A stretch of 64,000 bases of DNA from Marsupella aquatica (taxonomy: Eukaryota > Plantae > Marchantiophyta): contig OZ316898.1 of assembly GCA_973895155.1 (NCBI GenBank), positions 6,993,079 to 7,057,078 of the forward strand, given 5' to 3'. Below the pieces are notes generated by a model that saw nothing but the letters and a program-made list of their open reading frames with translations, had not been told where the DNA came from and ran no database searches. Position numbers and translations under genes: made by a program. Below, in pieces: positions 39,101 through 52,086 of this stretch; the first letter of the stretch is position 1; every line of letters starts with the position of its first letter.

Positions 39101-42100
39101 TGGATGTCTGAGTTTCTGCTTACATAAAGGTCCTCCGCATGAGAGACACTCACACACTCGTCATCTCTAGACCAGTCACATATATCACTTGAACCTTGGG
39201 ACCCTTGGCCATTTAAAAAATATTTACATTGAAGTTCATATCAAAGCTTGGATGAGCACTGGCTCATGTGCCCATTACATATCTTAAACCACTTCAGACA
39301 TTTTCTCTTTGTATCTGCTATATGCCTTCTTTGACAGAACGATGGATGCATGTATTACCTTGATAAGAAGGAAAGGACTTTTCTTCAGTAGAATGCTTGT
39401 CCCCTTTGGAAGTGAGAATGTTTGCTAGTTAAACCCTTTAATTATGTGCCTCCAAATGGAGATGATGGGATCTCCATCCCAAAACCATTACGCATGCATG
39501 GAATCCCCAATATTACTAAACTTCTGGTATGTATGTTTCTTCAAAGTTCTGTTTATGGTTATGACCAGTAACCCACTCGCCAGCCTGGCTTTGGGGTTAT
39601 GAGAGTTGGGGCACCTCTTGGACAGCTGACTTGGGGATGATGAGATGTGGTATAAAATTTCCATTGAAATTGGGTAAAAACGCACTAGAGGTCACTTTGG
39701 GGCTCCATTCTATCAGGCTAACCTTCCTCTGGGACTACAGCCTGTCATGGGCAGGGTAATCTTTAAATCTTTAAGGTTTTTCCTTTTTTCAATAGTTAGA
39801 CAAATTGCAGCCTCCATGAAGGAAGGAGGAAATGCTAGGAAGATTCCTTATCTGATTTTTGTCATATTCTGACCATTAGATCGCACTATGGTAAAGGATC
39901 ATCATTAGATTCTGCCAAATGGAGTCTTTGACTGGGTGGAACTCTGGCTAATGGAGAAACAATCTAGTGAATTTTAGCCAAAGGTGGCCAAGACTTTTAG
40001 GGGAGGTGGAATCTGGCAAAACTTTGCATCTAAAACATACTCTGGTGGTGGGTTATCCTACAACTTACTCATTTTAAAGATTGCTAATCAGATTTGAGGT
40101 AATGCTACCCCTGTCCATTTTCAAAACTTGGTGGATCCACATCACCATTGTCCTTAACAAACAAGGGGAGAAGTGACTATTTTGTCCTCCCCACAACTTC
40201 ATGGCCAGTGGTGGTTTAAGACGTTTTGGAGAATATAACACTCGATGATGGTCTTCACGCGATTCAAGATCCTGAAAAGCTTTTTGGGGGTTTTTGGAAG
40301 CTCCCTTGCCAAACATCCAAAATGGATATACAGTGCGGTAGAATTCACAGAGCCGACCAGCAAGGAAGACTTCATCGTAGCACTGAAAATGGCTGAGGTC
40401 ATCATGTCGTCTCAAACCGGGGTAACGAGCTTCGGAGAGATTTCAGAACTGAAAAACAACCTGCTTGGATTGATGGGTTTATCCTCCTTGTTCAGTTCGA
40501 TCAGGCTCGCTGTCATTGTCGGCCTTCACTAGGGAGCAATCATCTTCTGGGATCCAACCCTCCTTCCCTAGTCTGGCCCGGAATGAAGCTGCATTCGAAA
40601 TATCTTCATCTGGAGAAGTAGGGCTTGAGAAGTCCCATCATTGACGGTAGAGCTTCCACAAGCTCGACAAATTTCTGTCGACTGGCGAGATTTGCCTCCG
40701 ACCTGCATTTTGCATCATTCTTTCATTGCTATCATTAATCATTAATCAGTGGTAATATCTTGCGAGCTGCTCTAGTTCTGTTCCTCCCAGTGAGCGCCAT
40801 CGACATTCTCCATCATTTTTTCATTGTTATTATTCATCAGTGACAATGTCTTACGAGCTGCTCTGGTTCTGTTCCTCCTAGAGAAGACCACGGACAATGC
40901 ATCCTTCGTCCTTGTTACTCGTGGTTGTAGGCTGAAATACTGGAACTTCGTGTGCTGTAACAGCTTCGGGGTAGAATCAGTTTTTCGCGACTACTTCCAG
41001 AACAGGACCAGGCTGCTCTCGCTGAAGTGAGGACCGCATTCGTCGATCAGTACAAAAACGAGATTATACCGCATATTTCAATAATTGCCTGTTCGCCTTC
41101 CATCGTGCGCCATGATCCTCTACACAGTCCATTGTTCATCTTCAGATCTTGAGTTTGCCGGAATTCAAGAATGGAAAATATTGGCAATATGTGATGCACC
41201 ATTATCAACGATTCAAGGTGTATTCTGTTGCTGACTGTGGAAACTCAGCTTCGAAAAAAAGTGTCTCGAACCTATCAAATTCGCTTTCAAATTCAACACC
41301 TGGACTAGACCCTCCAGCCCAGAGACAAAGTGAGGCTGGTCAGCTAGGATTGGCCGACTGAGCTGCACATTGAAGCAAAAACTTTGCGGTTATCGTCGCA
41401 TAAATCCAATTAGTTCAGGAGGATCATTCTGGTCAAAGTTGAAGATCGCATCGAAGACTAAAATGAACACTGGCGTGTGACTGCATATATATCCACAACA
41501 CGTGAATACATATGATTACAAGGCACTACTGACGTGTTAATATCAAGTTGCTCTAATTGTTTGTGTTTGCTTTTGCCTCTAGTCAGGGTGGGGATGGGGT
41601 GGTGTCGGCAACTAAAGTTTTCATGTGGGTCGGTCGTCAGCATGCAGCTCAATTAGCAAATCCAGATGGTAAATTGAAGCGAATTCTATGGGAGCTTACT
41701 GTGTTTTGCAAACACTTTTAGGAGTAACGACAGGCAAGGAATGTAGGTTTTACAGAGGTCCCTTGATGCCGGTCGCGTCGATCCCCTACGTTTGTTGCGG
41801 GGAGGGTTTTGAGGGTTCTCTGTCATTCCCCGACCATGAGGACAAATTTAGTAGAACACGAAAGACATTTATGACAGTTTAAGTTCGCGATTGTGAAATA
41901 ATCTCATTACTCCCGTTCGTATACGATAAAGACATTGACATGTGGGAAGATTGACTTCACATTGCAACACGTGCTTCATTCACTGTGAGGTTCTGCATCT
42001 GTATCGCCGTTGGAAGCACGTTTGCAACCGCTTCTAGGCTTCGGCAACGACGAGCGGCATTCCACTCCATTCCAAATGACTGATCACTTTGTCCACAGTA

Positions 42101-44429
42101 AGTCACAGATAGGAAGGTTTCCTGTGTAGTACGTCACGCGAAAGTGAGATTGGCAGTTAGTTCCTCTCGTCAATTTCGATAGCGCTTTGGTCTGAGTTAC
42201 AGTGCTATGGTCATCTCTCATTTTGGTCGCTGATTCGATTGCGAGTATTTCTCATGCCACGTAAATTCGTTGGCAAGTACTTTTCCTTCCTGTTCCACCG
42301 ATGACAGGCACTGTGACCAATCCAAAAGGAGAGTTTTCAGCTTGCTTCTTCGGAGTTCCTATTCTTGCAATGCCAAACTTCGGAAAACTACGCCTCAATC
42401 GTGTCTCCCCAAGTGAATTTCTCGATGCTTTGTCGATCAAGTTTTGGCCAAATCAAACTACACCTGAATCGCGTCTACGTAAGTGAATTTCTTGATTCTT
42501 TATGGATCAAGTTTTAGCCAGACCACTCTAGGCCGGACAGGAAGGGGGATAATCCAACAAGAAACACATTGCGTGAAGTCTTGAGAATTCTGCAAATGGG
42601 AATATGGCAGAAGTAATGTCGTATGAATGCTCTCGAACCGAAACCAGGGTTCAGAAAAGTTTGCCAGCTGAACAGAAGTGATGAATTGAAGTTTTTGTTT
42701 TAATATCTTTGTAATGAATATTTCGGTCTCCTCCGACACAGACACCACCATTTTCGAGACAACACAGTGAGTACATTTCATGAATGAATGACGAGCAGCT
42801 TTGGTACTGCGAGTGACATTCATTTTCATGAATGATTGTATTCGAACTACGGTACTGTATGTCACTCGCAGTTCATATCTAGCACTCAATGTACTTTGAA
42901 TTGATACATGATTATCGCTTATGAATATTTACCAGAAGTAGAGACAAGACGACTAAATCTTTGTCAACAGAGATGTCCAGCATTGCAACAAAGAAAAGCC
43001 CATCTTCCGCATTCAACAAAACAAATGCATATCCTCGCATTCTGATTTTGCGAAGGGTAATCTTTGAATGTTGTTAAACGGATGTGGAAAGCGACTGTAC
43101 AACTCTACCGAAGAATTTCCCAACTTCGGCAAGGACACCTTCAAGAGGCCTTCGGTCCTATACCTCGTACCAAGTCACTGAAGTGTCATTTGTCTTCAGA
43201 GCAGGTGATTTGAACAGATCGGCCACTGTATGTATGCTGGAGACGGAGGACTCAATTCCACAACTCAACAAAAATCAAGAATCTACTAATTGTAAACAAG
43301 TTAGTAAGCAGATTGAGATGGAATGCGTTCTCTACGATAAGTGCTATGTGAAACGAGCTTAACTAAAGCGCTAATCTTTTCTCCCATCCCGATCGTGAAC
43401 AAACAGAAGACTTCTCCAAAACATGAAAGAAATCCGAATTCAGTCTGGGAGTCTCGACAAGGCGGAGGCAAGGGCGATTGTTGCTCACTATATAATACTT
43501 GTCACGGTTCATTCATGCTCTACATCGGTCTGTGGTGCGCCTCGTCCTGCAGATTCTGGAAGGTGTGTGACCTGCAGGAATGTAATATTCCTCCTGTTCC
43601 GTTCACGGCTCAACTCCAAAGAGCCTTCCACAATCGGTATTCTAATCTTATTTTCCTTCCGCCAGTAAAGTTATGTCTGTATGACATTGACACAATTCAT
43701 CTCATTCTGGACCACAATTAAAATAATACATTGAGGACGGGCCACGTTTCATCTTTAAGAGCGAAAAGACGTTCTCAAATAGGAACATATGAAGTTCCGG
43801 AAAATGCGCCACCGAGTAAGTTCAATTATTACCCTTCATTTCAAGAGAAGCGTCGCCTGGAATAGGTATTTCTATCTCATTTCCATCCTTTCAGTTGCCT
43901 CTAATGTTCGCAAACGATCGCAACGAAAACATTGGATTTAGAAGTGATATATTCTTGCATTCGAATAACAGGAGGACAAATCTAGCTGATTGATCAAACA
44001 TCAAGCACATTTAAAAAATAAATAAAGAAGCACTAGACAGGAGTTGGAGGCAAGACTTCAAAAAGCTGGTAAAGATTCGTTCGCATTTTCGAATTATTAA
44101 CACTCTTTCTCAACGACATTTTAATCCTAGGGCTAAGTACACAGGAACGTTCCAATTCCGACATGAAAATTTGAAAAACTGAATCTATAACTTGAAAGAG
44201 ACAAACGAGCCAGGATTACTCCAGCAAGAGTGATGTCAACCCAGCTTTGCAATTCGAGATCGATTATCCATGCCAAGACAGAATGCCATGTCGGATGGAG
44301 AGTATCATCGACAAATTAGCAGAGTGGCGAGTCTAGAACTGGTGAAATTAATTCAGACATCAATGTGTACTCTACAAAGTGGGAACAACATAAACAGAGG
44401 CTAACCTGCCCCATCCATAACTGCACTGC

Positions 44430-45188
44430 TCATACTTGGAAAGGAATGACTTTGCTGATAATCTCGTCGCTCAAAGCCTGAACCTGCTTGTCAAGGCCCC
44501 TCATGGTCTCCTCCTTCTGCTCCTCCAAATTGGCCAGAGAAACTGCCAGTTCCTTCTCGATCCTAGCCTTCGATTCTTGCAGATTAGTCTCCAAAGCCCC
44601 AGCAGTCTCTCTCTTCATGTTGTTCAGTGCCGCAGTGGTCTCGGCTCTCGCGGCCTTGATGATGGCCTCCGCCTCGTCCTGCAGTTTCTGGATCTCCCCG
44701 GAGTTATCCCTCACTCCCACCAGCTTCTCCCGGATTTCGACGTCCCTCTTGTCCATCACCGCGGCGACGGGCTTGAACCAGATGTTGTCGAGAGCGACCA
44801 TGAGCAAGAGAAATTCGATGGCAATGATGGGGAGAGTCAGGTTGAAGTCGAAGATTTTGCCCTTCTCCTCGGCCAGCGCGGGCATTGTGAGGAGCACATT
44901 CATAGCCACAATTGCGGCATTCCTCGCCACGCCATTCCCGCTTAGCGTCGTCCATGCCTCCCGGATAGACTGCTCCAACGCCACCGGCTCCACTTCTCCG
45001 CGCTTCGCCTGGACTGTCAGGCGGGCCACCCTCTGCACGCATGGCAGAGACACCAGACCCGCAATCCTCTGCCCGGAAGCGAAAGAAGCAGCTCCCCGTC
45101 TCAGTGACGACGAGCTCGACGCCACCGATGAGGTTCGTAGAGATGGGACATGAGCTGCCACACCTGTACCGACCGCCATAGCTGCCAT
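44430..45188 (-). CDS. ATPG: Chloroplast ATP synthase CF0 subunit b' (subunit II), nuclear-encoded with transit peptide, intronless
   Basis: 252-aa ORF with a Ser/Ala/Arg-rich transit peptide, PALA-EEKGKIFDFNLTLPIIAIEFLLLMVALDNIWFKP and a coiled-coil C-terminus ending ALSDEIISKVIP. Confidence 0.96.
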   Translation of the reverse strand: MAAMAVGTGVAAHVPSLRTSSVASSSSSLRRGAASFASGQRIAGLVSLPCVQRVARLTVQAKRGEVEPVALEQSIREAWTTLSGNGVARNAAIVAMNVLLTMPALAEEKGKIFDFNLTLPIIAIEFLLLMVALDNIWFKPVAAVMDKRDVEIREKLVGVRDNSGEIQKLQDEAEAIIKAARAETTAALNNMKRETAGALETNLQESKARIEKELAVSLANLEEQKEETMRGLDKQVQALSDEIISKVIPFQV

Positions 45189-45409
45189 GTTTCCTGTCGA
45201 CGTTCGATATGTTCCTCTTCGGCACCCTGTCTTTCCTCACACAATCCTTTCTACCTTGCTCTGTTATGCTTCTGTTACTCTCCTCGTCGTCTCGAGCTCT
45301 GTGAAAGAACAATCTCTATCGGCAGTTTCGATGGCCCTCAGAGACACACTCTCTTTCTGCGTATCTCTCCTCTTCCAAAACGCGATCCGTCGAAGGAAAG
45401 TGCAAATTG

Positions 45410-45417
45410 GGATAAGG
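45410..45417. promoter_or_regulatory. I-box (GGATAAGG) in the ATPG promoter
   Basis: GATAAG core ~225 bp upstream of the ATG of a photosynthesis gene. Confidence 0.4.
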
Positions 45418-46439
45418 TGTATGTGACCCGAAAAAAATCCACTTTTCGAGATAATTATCGAAAATTACTTAATTTCTTTCTGTTGGAATATTCTAAGAGG
45501 GATCTGTTTAGTATGTATTGCGGCAGGGACCATGAAATTTCACTACAACATTCTGTTTCAAATTATAGCTCGATGCCTTATTTAATTTCTCTTGATTAGA
45601 TTTGGTTCATTACAATTGATGGAATGACTTATAAATAAGTGTTTTAGAAAAATTTACTGGGAATATTCCTAAAATATGCATGCCAACTTTTTTCCAAGTT
45701 TTCATCAAATCACCTACCTCAAAGTTTGTCCCAGGAACTCAAATTTTGAGTCATTGAATACTTTTTGGTTGAACTTGATGGTCCCCAGGGTAGAGGAACA
45801 CTCATAGGCTCCCTTAATTGGCTTTGTTAAATCAATTAAAATTAACTTATGACAACACTATTGGGAACCTGCTACGGAACCTACGGTAGCTCCTGCCATA
45901 GGGAGTGGGAGTCTCAGGCCCCCAGTACCAGTACTCCTGGAACCCACTAAAAACTCTATTCCTTACATGTTGCGACCTTGGGAGCAGGGGAGGGGCAGCT
46001 CTATGCAAGCAAGGAGCAGCACATATCAGGGAGCTGGATTTTATTGAAGGCAAACTTAAGTGGAAGAATCTGGGCTCTTGCTAGTAGGTCATAATTGTTT
46101 TCTTGAATTCTTCAGTCTGAATGGATTGTACCAGAGTTTCTTACAAAGGTGCACTGTGTGGGTTACATATTTTTGTCTGGCGGTGTTTTTGATCTTTTAA
46201 ATATAAGCACTCTTCAAAGGAACAAAAAGGAAATGATTGGAGGGAGTAGTCTGGCTAAGTCTTGTGATTTTTTTCTGGCAAAGCATATGTCTAAACCAAA
46301 GCTCCTATGGATCACTACTATGTGTGCTCTGATGGACCATTGCAACCTGGATGGACCACTTGGAAATGTTATGTCTCACTCAAATAACACCTTGCATTTG
46401 AACAAGTGCTCATCATTTTGGGTGTCAAAAACAGTTTAG

Positions 46440-47440
46440 TCCATTTGAGTCCCAAGACCAAACAATGTGGTTGAATTCAGCATCAACTTCATATGTGGCA
46501 AATATGTTTGTGCAATTTGGTGAAATTTCCATGACCAGTCACAATGTCACCTTTACAAGTTTCAGTACCCCAATACTCTTAAAAGAAAATTTCAAACAAT
46601 ACCCCTGCAATGTCTGGCTAGGCTAAGGTGTAGCTTGCTTCTCAAAGTTGCAGTGTCTCTTTTTGACTAGCAAGGGATCAAGGCCTATATTGCAATGTAG
46701 TCTCTTAGCATTTTTGCTTGGTAAAATTAACAGATTATTCCTACAAGTTGCCAAATTTACCAACACCCCTAAATGTAAATTACTTAAATACACTTCCTAT
46801 TTCTCTGGAATACAAGTGATCCTTATGCCAGGAACACTCAATAAGTGCAAAATTTGCTTTACTGCAAGGCCAATCATTCTTGCTCTTTCCCTCAGTGTTA
46901 TGCAATTATTTCCAGGTCTCCACTAGACTGCAAAACTCATAAGTACAAATCTTCTGTAAGTGAAAGTATGATGAGCTTATCGAGAGAGTCGTTACGTAGT
47001 TGGGAATACTTAATGATGAATCTCGACCTTGTTGTCATAGTGAATATTGTAGCACTCATGCAAGAGGATGCAACGTTTCAGGCAGGAGGTTCACGCAGCA
47101 TTTTAATAAGTGAAAGATTGTCAATCTTGGACTATTCAAATACTGCAACTCTTGAGGATTCAAAGACACAGATCTCTTTGTGCAAGATTGCCAATGGTGC
47201 ACTTTTCATGCACTGAAAAACCCTGTTTAAGGGCTCACCTTGGTTTCCTCCCAAAGTTTGCACTTTGATGCTGAAAACCCTGATTAAGTGTTCACCTATG
47301 GCACATTGTGAGTTGCAGAGGTCAGTAGCGTGATTGATTGAGAGATATACTTGATGGACCCCTAAATTGAAATGTCTTCCACGATAGACCCCATGAGCTT
47401 TTGGGTACATTGCTTTGACATCTATCAACGATCACTCATG
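46440..47440 (-). mobile_element. Heavily degraded LINE (L1-like) reverse-transcriptase remnant
   Basis: Motif relics in the expected order on the minus strand: IDVKAMY..SW (cf. LDFxKAYDxVxW), GGNQGEPLN (cf. RGLRQGDPLS), LQY..D (cf. LQYADD) and HLGV (cf. YLGV). Confidence 0.55.
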
Positions 47441-47780
47441 GTCCATCAAGTAACACTTGCATTTTGGGGGTGCATCAAGTATCTCTCTAGTGATTGATTT
47501 CAAAGGGTGAGTAGTGATTGCTGGCATCTTCTGTTTTAGTCAGAGCTATAAAAGACAAGGCCAACCAAAAGGTGTTCGGGCTATGCCAATTCCTCGGTCG
47601 TCATTAGGTAATCTTGATTTTGTGATGCAGGATTAATATGCAGATGAATAAAATAGCTTACTTGGACTTTTAACAGTGATTTGCCTCACCCAGTCTACTT
47701 ATGGTAGCTCATGTGCTCTGCCTAAGTGGCAGTCTACAGTCAGTAGGCCTCTCTCCAGATTCCTTATGAAAAACACTCTC

Positions 47781-48112
47781 TAAGTGTATACTATGGAGAA
47801 GGTATTGAAAACAGAGTTTGCCGTCTCTGAGCGCACACTCCAGGAAGAAGCTGAAGGTGAACACTTAAACAGGGTTTGCAGTTTTTAAGTGCACACATGG
47901 GGAAGAAGCCAAAGGTGAACACGTAGACAGGGTTTGCAGTGTTTAAGTGTACACATGGGGAAGAAGCCAAAGGTGAACACGTAGACAGGGTTTTGCAGTT
48001 TTAAGTGCACACATGGGGAAGAAGCCAAAGTGAACACGTAGACAGGGTTTGCAGATTTTAAGCGCACACATGGGGGAAGAAGGAACACATAGACAGGGTT
48101 TGCAGTCATTAA
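47781..48112. repeat. 58-bp minisatellite, left part (~6 units)
   Basis: Unit TAAGTGCACACATGGGGAAGAAGCCAAAGGTGAACACGTAGACAGGGTTTGCAGTTTT, with starts at 47886, 47944, 48002 and 48059. Confidence 0.92.
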
Positions 48113-48133
48113 GAACACTGTTCCATCAGCCCT

Positions 48134-49350
48134 TGTGACACCTGAATTTTTCGCAAAATCAATGGAAGATGGAAATAAGATGCAAAGTTCACGAATTAAT
48201 TGCATTTTGGTACCCAAATGCCCAACTTTACCTTGCTGACAATACTTATGAAGGACGCTTCTGAGAGGTGTCCCATGGAGACCAAACTTATGAAGGACGA
48301 TACTCGGCGGAAGTTCGAAGACAGATTTTTGTTACCCATTTACCCTAGTTATTTAGTGATCTTTTTCTACCTTAGTTTAGTACTCAATTATTATTATTAT
48401 TTTTCCTAAGTTTTGAAAAGGCATGACTTTTCATTTCCCCTTTTTATGCTCCACTTAGACCTATAAGATTATTGTTTTCCTCTTTTTGTTTTTCAGTGAA
48501 GCTTGTATTCAGTATTGCAAACTTTTGCAAGTTTCCCTCCTTCCTTTGTAATCATTGCTTTCGAGAATGATTTATGAATGAAGTAAAACACTTCCTTTGT
48601 GATGTAATGCAAGTTTCCCTCCTTCCTTTGTAATCATTGCTTTCGAGAATGATTTATGAATGAAGTAAAACACTTCCTTTGTGATGTAATGAATTTATTT
48701 CAGAAGATTCCTGTTGGTGCCTGAGTTTTCATTACAAATTTCCAAGATCAGATGAATTCAAATTAGGATTGCTTGTGGGTCAAGAATCGCTAAGAATTCA
48801 ATGATAAATGTGGATAAAAAGGAGCAAGATTCTGATTTCAGAATAGTTAGTACCGTTACCCTTACTTTGGCATACCCAATAGTGATAGATCGGAGTTGCC
48901 TATCGCCAAAGTTCTATCCATGTTGATGGCATTTTAGTGAGTATCATTGTATCGGTCACCAGAAAACTACTTTGGTGTTGGTGAGCATTTACCCTTTCTG
49001 TTTATATTTTCATGGTGATGGAGAAGAGCAATTGAGGCAAGATTTGTTGCAATCTTATTAACACGATAAGACCAGAATCCTTTTTGAAGGAGTGGCAGTG
49101 GAGATTCAATCCATTGGACCTTGGTTCTAAAAGCTTTTCCATAATCCATGACTTGGGAATTAATCTTTTCTGTTCATTTTGTTAGTTGATCCATCTATTT
49201 CTCTTTTGTCTGAAGATTTGATTGAGTGATACTCTTAACTCTTCAAAACAGTTACAATCATTCAATCCATTCCTTTTCTGTTCTTAAAGGGATCGAAACC
49301 TTGGTCTTTAAGTGAAAAGTGTCACTTTGGATTCTTCCCACTATACCACA
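48134..49350. mobile_element. Solo LTR (1217 bp) inserted at the left end of the Harbinger
   Basis: TGTG...CACA termini with 5-bp TSD GCCCT (48129-48133 / 49351-49355); AT-rich and noncoding. Contains an exact 82-bp tandem duplication at 48526-48691. Confidence 0.8.
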
Positions 49351-49684
49351 GCCCTCACACCGACCCTCACCCTCCTTCGGCCCGGCCCTGAAACAGCGTT
49401 TGAGGGGCCCTATCACATCTCTTTCCATGGGCCCCCTAAGAACTTTTCCCACGCAATAGCATTGACGGTGTACCGGAAAATTTGAACGACGGTCACCTTA
49501 ACCGTGAGTCCATTATTTTCCTATCGATCTCTCCTGTGAGTGTTGAAAGAGGACTCTTGCACTGTCTAAAATGCCACCTCTGTTGTCTTGCGCCCGTGCT
49601 TGTTCCTCTCTTGATTGATTTTATTTCTGCTGCGGAGAGGTTTCAATTTCTTTTGCTGCAGTGAACTCCATTTTTATTGTTGAG

Positions 49685-51078
49685 ATGAAATTTGAAGATG
49701 AGGTTCTGCTGGATTCCCTGGCCGCATTGGTGATGAGCTATGCAGCAACGTCTGTGCCAATTCTTGTTACGCTTCTTCCTGGGCTTCATATTGGGAGGCT
49801 CACAAATCCATCACAACTGAATGGAGTGTTCAATTTCGAGTCAAGGAAAAGACGTCGTGATGATGATGAGATTTGGCCGCAAGTGTGGGCCTTCATTCAA
49901 GTTCTGAGAAGCTATTTCATGAGAAAAAGAGAGATTGATTGTCCCTGGTACATTAAACCTAGAACCATCCAGTGGTTTTATCTGTTTATTGACTTTGTTC
50001 CTTACGATGATCTTGATAGATTCAAGGAATTTTCCGTGTTAGCCCCGGGAAGTGTTATGCAATATGTGAGATGGTTCATGGGGACATGGTCACAAATCCA
50101 CCGGCAGCATTCTGTACACTTCCAAATAGAAAACTCTCTGTCGAGAGGCAGGTGGCCATTGCAATTAGAAGGCTCTCCATAGGAGATCAATGTCTTGGGA
50201 TCGGGGAGCTGTTTGGAGTTTCTCATGCAACCGTAGTCAAGGTCACCTGGAAGTTTATTCAAGCAATAATCAAGCAAGGGAGACATCTGATCCAATGGCC
50301 GAGTGCAACAAAGCTTGAAAAAGTGAAATTGGAGTTCATTGCACGACGGGGTTTCCCCAACTGTTGTGGGGCAGTCGATGGCACACATTTCCCAGTTGAA
50401 CTGCCAGCCTCAGAGCGTAGCCAGGATTACTTTGATTTCAAGAAAAAAAATGTCGGTTTCTATGCAGGCTATTGTGGATCTTAACCTCAGGTTCTTGGAT
50501 GTTGTAGCAAGTTGGCCAGGTAGCATACAAGATACCAGATTGCTTAGAGTTTCTACCTTCTTTAGAGATGTTGAATATAGACGTACAAGGCTGCATGGCT
50601 TGGAGTATTTATGTCAAGACGGCACCTCCGTGTTGAGGGAGTACATTATTGGGGATGCAGGATATCCCTTGTATCCATGGTTGATTGTCCCTTTCATAGA
50701 TGGTTTATCTGATGAACACGACAGATGGAACCATCGACATTCTCAAGCACGAATGGCAGTGGAACGAGCATTTGGACAACTGAAAGGTACCTAGAGAATC
50801 CTTAGCCAAATTCTTTGGAAACCAAGAAAAGATAGGATCGGGTCGGGTCTATGATTTACTCTTGTTGCATGGACTCTCTCCACAACTTTCTTATTCACCG
50901 TGGTGAGCACATTGGCCCTGAGCTGATTCGGGGGATTACAGCTCACCCTGGTGGATACAGTGGAGTACATGTGCCCAGACGAGAATACATGGAAGGAGGG
51001 CCAGAAGCACGGGACAATCTGCTTAATGAGGTTGATATTCTAGACCAGAGAAGGAGCGCAAGGGCAAGGGTACCCTAG
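49685..51078 (+). pseudogene. Harbinger transposase (HARBI1/ALP1-like DDE_Tnp_4 nuclease), disrupted
   Basis: LSVERQVAIAIRRL HTH region, GAVDGTH (D ~50377), MQAIVD, WPGSIQD, IGDAGYPL (D ~50654) and MAVERAFGQLK (E ~50762). Frameshifts at ~50032 (T-run), ~50445 (A-run) and ~50840; W codon is TAG at 50792. Confidence 0.9.
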
Positions 51079-52086
51079 ATTGAGCTCCAATCCTGCACTT
51101 CAACTAGCATAATCTAGAAATTCTTTTTGTACGCCAGTTCTTTTTTCAAGAAAGGGAGTTTGATTCACAAAAGACTACCTGAAAAAGCGCTTTCATGAGG
51201 TTTTATATACATTCAATTCAATGTCAGCTGGCTTATTCTGCAACTTTCTTTTGCAAAGACACCTTTACAATGAGCACACGCCTCTCAGAGTACTCTATAA
51301 AGTGGTTATTTGGATTCTGGCATCACACATGGCATTCCATAGGTTCAAGTTGCACCTACGCTCTCTGTTGTTGTGATGATAAGTTTTTGTTTACCAGATT
51401 TTTCAGGAATGAGAGTCACCTTTATTACCAAAAGGTCTGCAAAGTGTCACCTGCGCTTTTAGTTCACGTCACTTTCTAGAAGTATTTTATATGCCATGAG
51501 CTTGATGCCTTCCATGTGGTTGCTGGCTATTCGAATTAGCTGTGCATCAATCCCAATGCTCTTCCATGTCTCTTTGACTGCTTCCGTTGCGTCTTGGCCC
51601 CTTTCTCCTCACTTTGGTGGCTCCCCTCAAATAACAATCATATTCATGAATAATACAATCGGAAGGAAAACGATTGTGGACAAGTCAGGAACCTGACTGA
51701 CTCTCGACAATTGAGCCAATTTGGAACTGTGTAAAGTTCAAAATCCCTCACATTAGAAAATTCTAATATTTCTAGGGATTTGTCCATGGTGAATTTGGGA
51801 TGGCCCAAAGTGCTTTTTCGACTTCCAAAAACCAATCTCACTAGAAGCTTACTGATCGAGATAGTATCATACTGCTCAGGGCTTCATTGATGCTTTCTCT
51901 ATTTCCAAGGAGCCATTTATTGCTAGAAAAAATTGCAATGCAACAGCAATGCAAGACAACGCAGAAAAGTCAAGGACAAAAATTACAAATAACTCATCAA
52001 AAACTTGAACATCATTCATGGAAAGCCAAAACACGGTTCTAGCAGTTTAAAAACATTGTGCTGGCACACAAACCTATTCAATTACT

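Noticed and set aside
44436-45312. Long antisense or alternative-frame ORFs over ATPG (and similar ones over PLIP exon 1)
   Set aside because: Shadow ORFs expected from GC-rich codon usage.
47781-48112. 58-bp repeats as a CRISPR-like array
   Set aside because: Units are head-to-tail with no unique spacers, there are no cas genes, and the context is eukaryotic.
48134-49256. Alternative solo-LTR end at GTTACA 49256
   Set aside because: No matching TSD; the end at 49350 gives the GCCCT duplication.
51225-51841. Third decayed ORF inside the Harbinger
   Set aside because: Stop density (about 6 in 140 codons) matches random sequence and there is no recognisable motif.
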